Virus record (IMG/VR): IMGVR_UViG_3300037467_000874
Reading direction: 5' to 3' (one strand)
Source: an uncultured virus (IMG/VR IMGVR_UViG_3300037467_000874)
Taxonomy: Duplodnaviria > Heunggongvirae > Uroviricota > Caudoviricetes
DNA length: 64,000 bases
Positions 1 through 9,993 of this stretch are shown in pieces (the first letter of the stretch is position 1; every line of letters begins with the position of its first letter). The position numbers and the translations under genes were made by a program. The notes beneath the pieces are model-generated. The model was given only the letters and a program-made list of their open reading frames with translations, did not search any database and was not told where the DNA came from.

Positions 1-120
1 TTTGATCTGAAAACACTTCTGGAAGAAGACTTTGTAGGCAAGATGGTTTCTATTACTATTAAAGAGGAACAAATGATTCCTAGTCTTGACGAAGCTGATA
101 TTGAAAGCGATGAAGAATAA
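1..120 (+). CDS. 3' end of small acidic protein (YonK-like by synteny), partial
   Basis: Open frame FDLKTLLEEDFVGKMVSITIKEEQMIPSLDEADIESDEE* directly before the phosphoesterase, as in the SPbeta yonK-yonJ order. Confidence 0.5.
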   Translation, partial: FDLKTLLEEDFVGKMVSITIKEEQMIPSLDEADIESDEE

Positions 121-133
121 GGGTGTGGTCTGA

Positions 134-1402
134 ATGACTGATAAACTAAGAAGCTACACAAATAGCGACGGAATGACTGTTGAAGTTTCAAAAGAGCATC
201 TTGATTGTGCCATTAAAATAAAAATAGAACTTCAAGACTCAGTACCTTCTCGTAAATGTAATTGGTCAAAACACAAAGAACTAATGGAGAGTGAAGGATT
301 TTATGATTCTGACACAAATGAAGCGTATCGCTGTCTCATTAAAGATTATCAAAAAGAAGTTGGATTACTCGTACCTGTGGATTTGCACAAGAGTATGGTT
401 GCGGAAGGAAGACTTGCTTCAATCAATAAACTCGTCGGTGACATCTATGCTGAAAAAAGGGAAAACCAAGTAATTCTAAACGAGATTAATAAACACAAAA
501 GAGAATTGTCGCTTGTTAAGGTTATCACAGAAGAGATTAGAGAAATTTTTCTTGATGATATTAACTTTACAATTCCTCATTATGTTTTCAATCCAAGGCT
601 TAAAACTTCAAATAATAAGGCTATTGTAGTTCTTACTGATTTGCATATAGGCAAACTTATTGAAGATATTTATGAGAACGCTTACAACTATGAGATTGCA
701 ATTAAGAGAATGAATGAATATAAGAAAAAAGTTCTTGAGTATTGCAATTGTTTCGGCATTACAGAAGTAACTGTTACAGGTTTGGGAGATATTGTTGAAC
801 ATGTCAATATGCGTTATAAACAAAAGGTTTCAACAGAGTTTGGCTTAGCACAACAAATTCATAAGGCAACCAAGATTGTAATTGATTTTCTTGTCAGTCT
901 TTCTGAGTACGTTAATGTTGAATATGTTGGTATCGCCGGGAATCATGACAGATTTCAGGGAGATAAGAATATTGCATATGAAGATGATAATGCAAATGCA
1001 GTTGTAAATTTTAACATTAAGACATTTATTGAATTAACTGGTGCAAGCAGACTGACTTATATTGATATCGCTGATGATGCAACAGAAATCAATAAGACGT
1101 TAAATGGAGTTAAGTTTAAGTTGGCCCATGGTCATCTAGATGGTGGAAATAAACAGAATAGAATGAAATCAAAAATTTCGATGGAAAATGATTTCTTTGA
1201 TGTATTCATTTATGGACACTTACACAACTATGATGTGAAGGAGTCAGACAGAGGACGCATGACAATAGGAGTGGGTTCACTGGCAGGCAGAGAGGACTAT
1301 AGCGTGTCTCTGAGCAGTGCTACGGACGCTTCGCAGTTGATGGTGGTAGTAACAGATGGTGGAGACATATTGCCTCTTAGAGTGGCCTTACAGATCGTGT
1401 AA
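134..1402 (+). CDS. Calcineurin-like metallophosphoesterase (YonJ-like)
   Basis: Motifs TDLHIG, LGD, GNHD, HGH, GHLH in the C-terminal half. Confidence 0.8.
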   Translation: MTDKLRSYTNSDGMTVEVSKEHLDCAIKIKIELQDSVPSRKCNWSKHKELMESEGFYDSDTNEAYRCLIKDYQKEVGLLVPVDLHKSMVAEGRLASINKLVGDIYAEKRENQVILNEINKHKRELSLVKVITEEIREIFLDDINFTIPHYVFNPRLKTSNNKAIVVLTDLHIGKLIEDIYENAYNYEIAIKRMNEYKKKVLEYCNCFGITEVTVTGLGDIVEHVNMRYKQKVSTEFGLAQQIHKATKIVIDFLVSLSEYVNVEYVGIAGNHDRFQGDKNIAYEDDNANAVVNFNIKTFIELTGASRLTYIDIADDATEINKTLNGVKFKLAHGHLDGGNKQNRMKSKISMENDFFDVFIYGHLHNYDVKESDRGRMTIGVGSLAGREDYSVSLSSATDASQLMVVVTDGGDILPLRVALQIV

Positions 1403-1417
1403 AAGGGGAATGCATAA

Positions 1418-1630
1418 ATGGAAGATAAATATTATAAGTTCCAAGATGCAAGAATTGTGTGTTTAAATGTATTTGATTTTATTACAGGAGATCGCACAAA
1501 TGATGAAATTTTTGAAGCGCTTATGCAATTATATGATAGCGCCGAGAAGAATGGAATGAGAGTAATATTGGCTGAACAAATAGAGGTCAATAACAAAGCA
1601 TTGAAATATCTTAGTGGAGAAACAAGGTAA
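1418..1630 (+). CDS. Hypothetical protein, 70 aa
   Basis: RBS AAGGGG before ATG; fills the gap between genes. Confidence 0.7.
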   Translation: MEDKYYKFQDARIVCLNVFDFITGDRTNDEIFEALMQLYDSAEKNGMRVILAEQIEVNNKALKYLSGETR

Positions 1631-1652
1631 TCTACTTACCTTGTTTCTTTTA
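1618..1652 (+). terminator. Intrinsic terminator-like hairpin
   Basis: AGAAACAAGGTAA-tctac-TTACCTTGTTTCT followed by TTT. Confidence 0.6.
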
Positions 1653-1669
1653 ACAAGGGAGAGATTATT

Positions 1670-2557
1670 ATGGCTGGAAACGCCGGAGGCGGAAGAGCAA
1701 AAAAGGTTAAGCGAGTAGTAAAAGATAAAAAAGTTTGTGTAGGTTGTGACAGAGAGTTGTCTTTGATCAGATTTTACGCAACAGAGAGTCCTTTGTTTCC
1801 AGATGGAAAATCACCAATTTGTAAAGAATGCATTCAGGAACAAATTGAGGTAGAAGGATTGGAAGCAGTGCAAAGGATACTAAGGCAAATTGATAGACCA
1901 TTTAATGTTTCTGAATGGAATAAGGCAGTAACTTCAGGCAAGGAGCCTTTTGGCTGGTATTTGCGTAGCATCAATTCGCTTCCACAATACAAGGGCAGAG
2001 GGTATAGCGACAGTGTTGGAGGAAGTGAAAAACCATTTGTTAACTATGAAGACATGGAAGAAAGCGAATTATATGGGACTCCAAGTCTTGACGTTAAGCG
2101 CAAATGGGGATTGGGATATTCTAATAAAGAATATTACGAGCTTGAAAATTTGTGGACTGAGATGATGGATAAAAATGATATTCAAACTCCACAACACAAA
2201 AAGGATTTATCATTGTATTGTAAATTGACTGTACTTGTTGATAGAGCACTGGAAAATAATAATACAACAGACTTTGAAAAGCTTAATAGACAACTTACAG
2301 AAGTTAAGAAGAATTCTGGTTTTAGACCAATTGACAAAAAGTCTGGAAGTGAATCTGCTGGTATCAGAAACTTTTCAACAATCTTCGCAGAGATTGAGAG
2401 TGAAGGTTTTATCGAACCTTATCCAATTGAATTTAATCAAGATATAGTAGATAGAACGATTATGTATTTGGGGAATTATACAAGAAAATTGCTTCAAATG
2501 GAGCAAATGATTGTGCCTCCAGATGATACTCCACAAGTTGACGAAGGTGATATTTAA
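1670..2557 (+). CDS. Zn-finger protein, probable terminase small subunit (YonG-like)
   Basis: CVGC...CKEC zinc motif; stop overlaps the terL start (TAATG). Confidence 0.6.
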   Translation: MAGNAGGGRAKKVKRVVKDKKVCVGCDRELSLIRFYATESPLFPDGKSPICKECIQEQIEVEGLEAVQRILRQIDRPFNVSEWNKAVTSGKEPFGWYLRSINSLPQYKGRGYSDSVGGSEKPFVNYEDMEESELYGTPSLDVKRKWGLGYSNKEYYELENLWTEMMDKNDIQTPQHKKDLSLYCKLTVLVDRALENNNTTDFEKLNRQLTEVKKNSGFRPIDKKSGSESAGIRNFSTIFAEIESEGFIEPYPIEFNQDIVDRTIMYLGNYTRKLLQMEQMIVPPDDTPQVDEGDI

Positions 2558-4296
2558 TGGCATCTTATAAGAATTTTAAGACAGAAATGACCCCAACAAT
2601 TGACATTACAAAAAAGATTGCAAATGTTAGATCATTTGCCGAAACTAAACCAGACTGGAGAAAAGCATGTTCTTATTGGCGCGCTTATCCTGATAGATTT
2701 ATTGACTTTATTAAACCAGATGATTGTAAAATCAATCTTTATTTCTATCAAAGAGTAATGCTTAGAGTCTTGTTTAGGTATAAGAAGGTTTTCTTTACAT
2801 TTACACGTGGTACTGCAAAATCATTTACTCAAATTCTCGCTCTTTATTTGAAATGCATTATGTATCCCGGCACTCATTTATTTATTTGTGCTCCAAATAA
2901 AGAACAAGCGGCTAAGATTTCTAAAGAGAATATTGAAAACATCTGGAACTTTTATCCTATTCTTAAAGATGAAATTGCAAAGATAGAGTTTCAGAAAGAC
3001 TTTACCAAACTTACATTCCACAACGGCTCAAGACTTGATGTTGTTCAAGTTGCTGATGCTGAACGTGGAGGGCGTAGAAATGGCGGAGCAATAGAAGAGA
3101 TTGTTGACCCTAAAATGAAAAAGGACACTTTGCACTCTGTTGTTATTCCTCTTATGGCTAACGATAGATTAAGTGAATATAAGGATGAGAACGACAATAG
3201 GGTTGACCCCAATGAAATACATAAGTTCCAATGGTATATCACAACTAGTGGAACTCGTCAATCTTTTGCTTTTGAAAAGATGAGAGAAGTCTTGCTAGAG
3301 ATGACTCAAGGTAAACAATCATTCTGCTTAGGTGCAAGTTATGAACTAGCATGTATGCATGGACAATTGGATATTGGATTTATTAATGAACTAAAAGAGC
3401 AACCTACATTCAATCCTCTTGCATTTGCGAGGGAATATGAAAGTGTGTGGACTGGTACAAGCGATAATTCACTTGTTCAATTGGATGATCTATTGGCTTG
3501 CAGAGTGCTTACTAAAGCAGAAGAGAAACATAGCGGAGAAAAGGGTATTGAATACATTCTCAGCTATGACGTTGCACGTGCTGAAGGTTCTCAGAATGCA
3601 AATTGTGCATTAGCAGTTATTAAGATCATTCCACGTGGAGATGGAACTTACCAAAAACACATGGTTAATATGTACAGTTTTGAAGGAACACACTTTACTG
3701 AGCAAGGGATATTTATAAAGAAAAAAGTAAATGACTTTAAAGCATCTATGGTTGTAGTGGATGCGAATGGTGCTGGTAAAGGTTTGGTTGACGTACTTGT
3801 TACGGAATGCGATGAAAACCCAGCTTATTCTGTTGTCAATGATGACAGATATAGCAAATACAAAACAGAAAATAGTGTTCCACTTCTTTATGCATTAAGT
3901 TCAAATACTAAAGAAGATAGGGCTTCAAATATACATAACGTTTTTGTCAATATGATTTCTACTCATAAAGTCAAAATTCTTCATGGCGAAACTCAGGCTA
4001 GGGCTGAAATTAAAGCTAATACAGACCCTGAAAAAGTGGCTAAAATGCTTATGCCTTTTGCAATGGCTGACTTGATGTGTGAAGAGATTATGAACCTTGA
4101 GCACAAACAAACTGGTAATCAAACACAGGTTAAACAAATATCACGTTCAATCAATAAGGATAAATTCTCTGCATTTGAATATGGACTTTACTATATTTAC
4201 AATTTAGAGATGAAGAATACTATTCGTAAAAGAGAAACTATAAATGCGGCAAGCTTTTTCCTTGCCAAATCTCCTAAGTCAAGGCTGGGAAGATAA
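2557..4296 (+). CDS. terL: Terminase large subunit
   Basis: Walker A-like FTRGTAKS, Walker B GAIEE, TTSG coupling motif, nuclease SYDVA, VVDANGAG, KDKFSA. Confidence 0.92.
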   Translation: MASYKNFKTEMTPTIDITKKIANVRSFAETKPDWRKACSYWRAYPDRFIDFIKPDDCKINLYFYQRVMLRVLFRYKKVFFTFTRGTAKSFTQILALYLKCIMYPGTHLFICAPNKEQAAKISKENIENIWNFYPILKDEIAKIEFQKDFTKLTFHNGSRLDVVQVADAERGGRRNGGAIEEIVDPKMKKDTLHSVVIPLMANDRLSEYKDENDNRVDPNEIHKFQWYITTSGTRQSFAFEKMREVLLEMTQGKQSFCLGASYELACMHGQLDIGFINELKEQPTFNPLAFAREYESVWTGTSDNSLVQLDDLLACRVLTKAEEKHSGEKGIEYILSYDVARAEGSQNANCALAVIKIIPRGDGTYQKHMVNMYSFEGTHFTEQGIFIKKKVNDFKASMVVVDANGAGKGLVDVLVTECDENPAYSVVNDDRYSKYKTENSVPLLYALSSNTKEDRASNIHNVFVNMISTHKVKILHGETQARAEIKANTDPEKVAKMLMPFAMADLMCEEIMNLEHKQTGNQTQVKQISRSINKDKFSAFEYGLYYIYNLEMKNTIRKRETINAASFFLAKSPKSRLGR

Positions 4297-4303
4297 TTGA
4301 GGG

Positions 4304-5788
4304 GTGAATATAGTGAGTGAAGAAATTAATAAAGAGTTTAAAAGAGCTAGTGTAGCCATTGATTATGCAACTCTAAACAAGCTTATTATTAGAGATTTGA
4401 CAACGACAAAAAGCTATACAAAAGTTCTAAGAAAATATTCAAGAGATGATATTGCTACATACGTAGAGAATCCATCAAGATACGAAAAGCAGATTAGAGA
4501 CTTGAGCATGATTCTTTATAATAAGAGTCCACATTACAAAAGACTTGTAAATTATTTCTCAAGACTTATGCCATTGTATTATATTGTAGAACCTTACAAT
4601 GTTGACTTCGAAAAGATTAATGTTAATAAGTTTAAAAATCAATATAAAGGTGTTCTGGATTTTATTGAAAAAATGAATATTAGACATGAATTCCTGAAGG
4701 TTCTCAATATTGCTTATCGTGATGATGTATTCTATGGATATGAACATATGTCTGACAATTCCTATTTTATTCAAAAACTTGATCCAGAGTTTTGTCAAAT
4801 CTCAAGTCAAGAAGATGGCTGTTTCAATTTTGCATTTGATTTTAGCTACTTTACAACTAATCCTGAGCAATTGGACATGTATCCGTCAGAGTTTAAAAAG
4901 ATGTATAATAGATTTAGAAAAGACCCATCTAAAATGAAGTGGCAAGAGCTTGATCCTGAAAGGACAATTTGCATTAAGATTAATGAGGATTTGGATTATA
5001 TCATGCCACCATTCTTTAGTACGTTTGAGTCAATCTTTGACATTGAGGATTACAAGGCTTTAAGAAAAGATAGAGAAGAAATTTCTAACTATAAGATTCT
5101 AATTCAAAAGATTCCTGTTAGACTTGACAGTGAAAACAACAATGACTTCGCTATTGATCTTGAAACAGCTATGGCATTCCATAATAAAGCCGCTCAAGTG
5201 TTACCTGATCAAGTAGGAATCATTACTGGACCATTTGAAACTGATAGTGTAAGCTTTGAAAAGGATCAGGCTGATTTTGACAACGTAGCCAAAGCAGAAC
5301 GAGACTTCTGGAATACGACTGGTGTAAGTCAACTTCTGTTCAACGCTGATAAGACTACAAGCATTGGATTATCTAAATCAATTCAGACAGATGAGGCCAT
5401 GGCATTTGGTGTTATCAGACAGGTAGAAAGATGGATTAACAGAAGGATTAAATACCTTATTGGCACTCCAATGTTTAAGGTTAGAATTCTTGATATCTCA
5501 ATCTTTAATCAACATGATTTCTTTACTGATATATTACAAGCTGGACAGTTTGGTATGCCAGTTAAGATGGCTATCGCCGCTTCTTTGGGTTTTTCTCCTA
5601 GTTCAATGATTAATATGATAGTTCTTGAGAACGATATATTAGGACTTAATGAGAAGCTTATCCCGCTTCAGTCAAGTCATACGACTGATGGAACAGATGG
5701 AAATGGCGCTGGTGCTCCAAGTAAAGGCGATAAAGTTTCCGATGAAGGCTTAAAAGCTAGGGATGGTAATAAAGGCAATAATAATTAA
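4304..5788 (+). CDS. Portal protein (likely start GTG 4313)
   Basis: About 490 aa directly after terL; helical; GVSQLLFN segment; RBS GAGGGGTG fits 4313. Confidence 0.8.
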   Translation: MNIVSEEINKEFKRASVAIDYATLNKLIIRDLTTTKSYTKVLRKYSRDDIATYVENPSRYEKQIRDLSMILYNKSPHYKRLVNYFSRLMPLYYIVEPYNVDFEKINVNKFKNQYKGVLDFIEKMNIRHEFLKVLNIAYRDDVFYGYEHMSDNSYFIQKLDPEFCQISSQEDGCFNFAFDFSYFTTNPEQLDMYPSEFKKMYNRFRKDPSKMKWQELDPERTICIKINEDLDYIMPPFFSTFESIFDIEDYKALRKDREEISNYKILIQKIPVRLDSENNNDFAIDLETAMAFHNKAAQVLPDQVGIITGPFETDSVSFEKDQADFDNVAKAERDFWNTTGVSQLLFNADKTTSIGLSKSIQTDEAMAFGVIRQVERWINRRIKYLIGTPMFKVRILDISIFNQHDFFTDILQAGQFGMPVKMAIAASLGFSPSSMINMIVLENDILGLNEKLIPLQSSHTTDGTDGNGAGAPSKGDKVSDEGLKARDGNKGNNN

Positions 5789-5802
5789 GGTTATTACATT
5801 AA

Positions 5803-5831
5803 TTGACATATGTAATATATAATGGTATAAT
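5803..5831 (+). promoter_or_regulatory. Sigma-A promoter with extended -10
   Basis: TTGACA-17 nt-TATAAT with TG at -15/-14; inverted repeat TATTACAT/ATGTAATA flanks the -35. Confidence 0.85.
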
Positions 5832-5835
5832 AATG

Positions 5836-5899
5836 AGAAAGGATAAGGGTGGTAGTCTTTATTTTATTGACATTCATCCACTTCCTTTCTTTTTGTTTT
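5836..5899 (+). terminator. Long imperfect hairpin plus U-tract directly after the promoter
   Basis: AGAAAGGA...GGGTGG..GTC / GAC..TCATCC..TCCTTTCT then TTTTGTTTT. Confidence 0.6.
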
Positions 5900-5966
5900 C
5901 TATTTTTAAACAATTAAAAATTAATTATAACCTTAATTAATTTAAGAAAGGAGTGAGAACGATAAG

Positions 5967-7307
5967 ATGAAGGTTAATACTAAAATCCCTGTAATCTTTC
6001 AAAAATTAGATGATTATGATTCAAGGTTTATGAGAGTTAAAATTTGGCTCATGCATCTTGAACAAAATTATAATGGAAGTTATTTTAGCAAAGAAGTAGT
6101 AGAAAAAGCAATTCCATCTCTTGCTGATACACCTATTTTGGGGTACATAGAAGTAAATCGTGACGAACCTGATTTTTCAGATCATAGAATGAGAATTACG
6201 ATTGAAAAAGATAATGTCGAGTACGAATATCTTGGTCAGGCTTTTGGTACTATTCCACAAGATAATAATGCCAAATTTGAAACTAGAGTTGGTGATGATG
6301 GTATCGAAAGAACATATCTCACTGTCGAAGGTATCCTTTGGAGAAAGTGGAATACACCAATTGAAATCATGAATCGTGATGGAATCAAGAGTCAAAGTAT
6401 GGAACTTCATGATGATTACAAAGGCAAATGGGATGAATCAGGACTTTTCCACTTTGAAGATTTTAAATTCTTTGGTGCTTGTATTCTTGGAGAAGGTGTT
6501 ATGCCAGCTATGAATAGTGCAAGTGTAGAGGTTAAAAACTTTACAGCATTTGACATGGAAGCATTTCAAAAAGAAGTACAAGAAAAACTGGAAGAATTTA
6601 AAGTTGTATTCTCTAAGTATCAATCTCCTAATGGTGATGATATAAATAAAAATAAGGAGGGTGAAGTCATGAACGAAAAACTGGTCGAGCTTTTGGCTAA
6701 ATTCTCTCTGACAGAAGAGGTTCTTCAAGAAAAAGAATTTAAGCTTGAAGATTATTCTACAGAAGAAGAGCTTGAAGCTAAGATTTCTCAAATTGCAGAA
6801 GAAATTGCACAAACAAATCATTCTAATGTTTGCGAAAAATGCGGTCAAGCAGAATGTAGTGGACATGAAGATGAAGAGCCAAAAACTTATACTGAAGTAG
6901 AGTATAACGAAATGGTTAGTAAGTATGATGAGCTTCTTGAAAAATTCAATACACTTTCTGATAATTTTGATGTTTTGAATTCGGCTAATGCTAATTTGGA
7001 AGCGCTTACTCAGGAAGTTACTGAATTGAGAGAGTTTAAATCTAGCACTCTTGCCGCTCAAAGAGAGGCAGAAGAAACAGAGTTGTTTGAAAGATTCTCT
7101 GAGCAATTGACTGAAGAAGAAATTGGTGCTGTGAAAGAAAAATCTTCTTCGCTGTCTATTGAAGATATTGAAAAAGAATTGTTCTCTATTGTTGGTAAGA
7201 AGACTGCTACATTTAGCAAGAAGCCAGCAGTTAAGGTTGTCTTCGGCAAGAAGGAAGAAAAAGATTTCGCTGATTATTCGCATATTTTGGAAAAGCACAA
7301 TAAATAA
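5967..7307 (+). CDS. Prohead protease-scaffold fusion (YonD-like)
   Basis: N-half with SQSMEL and CILG..PAM protease-like motifs; acidic coiled-coil C-half; lies between portal and capsid genes. Confidence 0.75.
   Translation: MKVNTKIPVIFQKLDDYDSRFMRVKIWLMHLEQNYNGSYFSKEVVEKAIPSLADTPILGYIEVNRDEPDFSDHRMRITIEKDNVEYEYLGQAFGTIPQDNNAKFETRVGDDGIERTYLTVEGILWRKWNTPIEIMNRDGIKSQSMELHDDYKGKWDESGLFHFEDFKFFGACILGEGVMPAMNSASVEVKNFTAFDMEAFQKEVQEKLEEFKVVFSKYQSPNGDDINKNKEGEVMNEKLVELLAKFSLTEEVLQEKEFKLEDYSTEEELEAKISQIAEEIAQTNHSNVCEKCGQAECSGHEDEEPKTYTEVEYNEMVSKYDELLEKFNTLSDNFDVLNSANANLEALTQEVTELREFKSSTLAAQREAEETELFERFSEQLTEEEIGAVKEKSSSLSIEDIEKELFSIVGKKTATFSKKPAVKVVFGKKEEKDFADYSHILEKHNK
6669..7307 (+). CDS. Putative nested scaffold protein from internal start M235
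   Basis: Strong RBS AAGGAGGGTG 5 nt before an in-frame ATG (MNEKL) at the domain boundary. Confidence 0.6.
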   Translation: MNEKLVELLAKFSLTEEVLQEKEFKLEDYSTEEELEAKISQIAEEIAQTNHSNVCEKCGQAECSGHEDEEPKTYTEVEYNEMVSKYDELLEKFNTLSDNFDVLNSANANLEALTQEVTELREFKSSTLAAQREAEETELFERFSEQLTEEEIGAVKEKSSSLSIEDIEKELFSIVGKKTATFSKKPAVKVVFGKKEEKDFADYSHILEKHNK

Positions 7308-7361
7308 GCTTTTTCATAAATAAAATAATAAATTATATATTTTTATAGGAGGTTTTAATAA

Positions 7362-7898
7362 ATGGCACATGCAATTGTAAGACTTGACAAAGTTCGTAGC
7401 GCTTATGTAGGACACCTTTATGACGTTGTTCACTCTGCTGACATGGACAATGGTAATGTAGTTAAAATTGGTACAAACGTAACTGGTCAACGTGACTTGT
7501 TCAACGTAACTGTTCCTTCCGCTGGTGATGGTTCTCTGTATCTCGTAGCTTCGCCTGAGATCATTTATGATCAAACAACGACTAAGGCTGGTGCTCTTGA
7601 GAATTTCTATATTCCTGCTGGTACAGCCGCTCGCGTTTATGATATCGCAAGAGGTGACATTTTCTCTGTTACTTATGATGGTCTGACTCTGTTGGGCACT
7701 GACGCTGTAAAAGGTAACTTTGTAGTTGCTCAAGCTGGACTGAAGCTGAAAGAAGCTACATCCACTACTACTGAGAAATTTGTTGGTAAAATCATCGACG
7801 TTGAAGTTCTTGGAACGACAACTCTGATTGGTCAAGCTGGTTCTATCGCTCGTATCAATAAGTACGTTGTTATTCAAGTAGTTAAAAACGAAGCTTAA
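7362..7898 (+). CDS. Capsid decoration/cement protein (YonC-like)
   Basis: Beta-rich 178 aa before the MCP; high-expression codon bias; RBS AGGAGG. Confidence 0.65.
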   Translation: MAHAIVRLDKVRSAYVGHLYDVVHSADMDNGNVVKIGTNVTGQRDLFNVTVPSAGDGSLYLVASPEIIYDQTTTKAGALENFYIPAGTAARVYDIARGDIFSVTYDGLTLLGTDAVKGNFVVAQAGLKLKEATSTTTEKFVGKIIDVEVLGTTTLIGQAGSIARINKYVVIQVVKNEA

Positions 7899-7931
7899 TA
7901 TTAAATTTTATACATAGGAGGTAAGAAAAAA

Positions 7932-8939
7932 ATGGAAAAAGCTGCTCTTATTAAATTGGCTATTGATACTGTAAAAGGCAATGTACTTAATTTCTCTGCT
8001 CATCAAGCTTCGGAATCTATCCGTAAAGAGTTTGTTGAACTGATGGGTACTGACAAGCCTGATTTCCGCACGTTCCGTAAGTTTAAAAATGAAATTTTTG
8101 AAATCATGGAAGTTGCTCTTGACAATCTGATTACAAGTGGCGTTACGCAAAGCCCATTCTTCGAACAATTCGTTGAATATCGTGATCTTAATCTTGGCGA
8201 CAAGAATGAATTCTACGTAGAAGATCGTTCTGTTCTGACAATCAGCAAAATTGCTGGCGGTCACTATGATCTTCGTAGACAAAAACTGAATATTGGTGAT
8301 AGCTTCAGCGTTACTACTTCGTGGTATGGTGCTAAGGTTTACACTGATTTCCTGCGTTTCCTTGCTGGTCGCGTAGACTGGGCTGGTCTGGTTCGTAAAA
8401 TCGACGAAGCTATGCGTCTGCAAATGTACACTGACATTATGAACGCTTTTATTGGTGCTACTACATATCTGCCTGCTGAATTCAAGAAAACTGGTTCTTT
8501 CACGGACGTTAACCTTGATGATCTGGTTCAGCACGTATCTGTAGCAAACAACTACGCTCCACTGGTAGTTGCTGGTACTCGTAACGCTCTGAAGAAAATC
8601 AACGGTGCTTACTCTTCGCAATCCTTCTTGGTGAGTGAGAACATGAAAGACCAAATCAACCAAAGCGGACTTCTGAATGTCTATAATGGTATTCCTTTGC
8701 TTGAACTGCAACAAGTTCATCTGCCTAACACGTTCACGTTTGCTCTTGATGATACTAAACTCTTCGTACTTCCTTCTAACAGCAAGCCTGTTAAAGTTGT
8801 TCGTGAAGGTCAATCTATCATCCAAGAAAACTCTGACGGTAGCAAGAACATGGATCAAAGCATGGAATACACGTTCCAAACGATGTATGGTTTGGCTGTA
8901 CAATTCAACAATGCTTATGGTGTTTACACGCTGTCTTAA
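7932..8939 (+). CDS. Major capsid protein
   Basis: 335 aa, strongest codon bias, RBS AGGAGGT, position, followed by a terminator. Confidence 0.85.
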   Translation: MEKAALIKLAIDTVKGNVLNFSAHQASESIRKEFVELMGTDKPDFRTFRKFKNEIFEIMEVALDNLITSGVTQSPFFEQFVEYRDLNLGDKNEFYVEDRSVLTISKIAGGHYDLRRQKLNIGDSFSVTTSWYGAKVYTDFLRFLAGRVDWAGLVRKIDEAMRLQMYTDIMNAFIGATTYLPAEFKKTGSFTDVNLDDLVQHVSVANNYAPLVVAGTRNALKKINGAYSSQSFLVSENMKDQINQSGLLNVYNGIPLLELQQVHLPNTFTFALDDTKLFVLPSNSKPVKVVREGQSIIQENSDGSKNMDQSMEYTFQTMYGLAVQFNNAYGVYTLS

Positions 8940-8952
8940 TTTTAATAACAGA

Positions 8953-8982
8953 AAAGGGATAGTTTCGGCTATCCCTTTATTT
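8953..8982 (+). terminator. Intrinsic terminator
   Basis: AAAGGGATAGT-TTCG-GCTATCCCTTT then ATTT. Confidence 0.85.
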
Positions 8983-9013
8983 AAATTTAAATGAGAAAAA
9001 GGGGATATGTAAA

Positions 9014-9550
9014 ATGGCATACGGAAAGAAGAAAGAAGAAGAAGTTGTAGAGGCTGTAGCTTCTGGAGAAAATGAAGAAGAAGTAAAGGTAGTAAAGTCT
9101 GCTCCACCAAAAAAGAAAACTATTGAGAGAGATATGGAAGTTGAATGTCGTAGTGTAAGAACTGGCACATTGACTTACATCAATAGAAATGGTTATCACG
9201 TTGATTGGGATGACTATGGAGTGTCAGAATGGCTTACTGTTGGAGAGCTTCTTACTATGAAAGCATCTCAGCCACGTTTCTTGACCCAGCCTTGGATTAT
9301 TATTGAAGATGAAGATGTTGTTGATTATCTTGGACTTAGAAAGGTTTATAACGACTTCTTGAAAATTGAAGATGTTGAAGCATTCCTACAAAGTGGAGCG
9401 GCAAATATCTCTAGCACTATTCAAACTCTTCCAAATGGAGCAAAAGAAATTCTTAAAGATAAAGTTAAAGATATGATCTTGGACGGAACGCTTGATAGCA
9501 ATCGTACTATTAAATTGCTTGAACAGGAATTACAAGCTGATTTCAGTTAA
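9014..9550 (+). CDS. Hypothetical head-region protein (YonA-like)
   Basis: RBS GGGGA; synteny. Confidence 0.6.
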   Translation: MAYGKKKEEEVVEAVASGENEEEVKVVKSAPPKKKTIERDMEVECRSVRTGTLTYINRNGYHVDWDDYGVSEWLTVGELLTMKASQPRFLTQPWIIIEDEDVVDYLGLRKVYNDFLKIEDVEAFLQSGAANISSTIQTLPNGAKEILKDKVKDMILDGTLDSNRTIKLLEQELQADFS

Positions 9551-9564
9551 AAGGAGGTAACATT

Positions 9565-9993
9565 ATGAGTACCCCTTACAGTGATGTTTATAGTTACTTC
9601 TTGAGCAAGATTACAGATTATTCATTTTTGAATCTGTCACAGGTAGATTTGGAAACTACCTTGCTTGTATATATGAAGACTGCAATTACCAAATTTGATA
9701 ATTGCAAAAACGATTTAAGCGATAGAAATGATACTACTAAAATTTTTAATAAAACATTGTCAGATAAAGAAAAAGATATTTTAGGCGCTCTTATGGTAGT
9801 AGAATACTTAAGGCCAAAGGTTGTTACAAGCGAATTGTATAGAATCGCTATGTCAGACCCTGATTATAAGATTTATTCACAAGCAAATCAAATAGATAAG
9901 CTGATTACACTGTATAAAACAATGCAGGCTGAATCAGAAAGATTAATGACTAAGTATTCATACTACAAGTTCAATCTGGACGGCTTTGTATGA
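9565..9993 (+). CDS. Head-tail adaptor-like protein
   Basis: MSTPYSDVY start, helical, 142 aa, RBS AAGGAGGT, position. Confidence 0.6.
   Translation: MSTPYSDVYSYFLSKITDYSFLNLSQVDLETTLLVYMKTAITKFDNCKNDLSDRNDTTKIFNKTLSDKEKDILGALMVVEYLRPKVVTSELYRIAMSDPDYKIYSQANQIDKLITLYKTMQAESERLMTKYSYYKFNLDGFV

Noticed and set aside
6438..9110. Long antisense ORFs (286, 187 and 400 aa) opposite the scaffold, decoration and capsid genes; others at 12412-12978 and 61579-62289
   Set aside because: Shadow frames of strongly codon-biased genes; no evident RBS or recognisable motifs.
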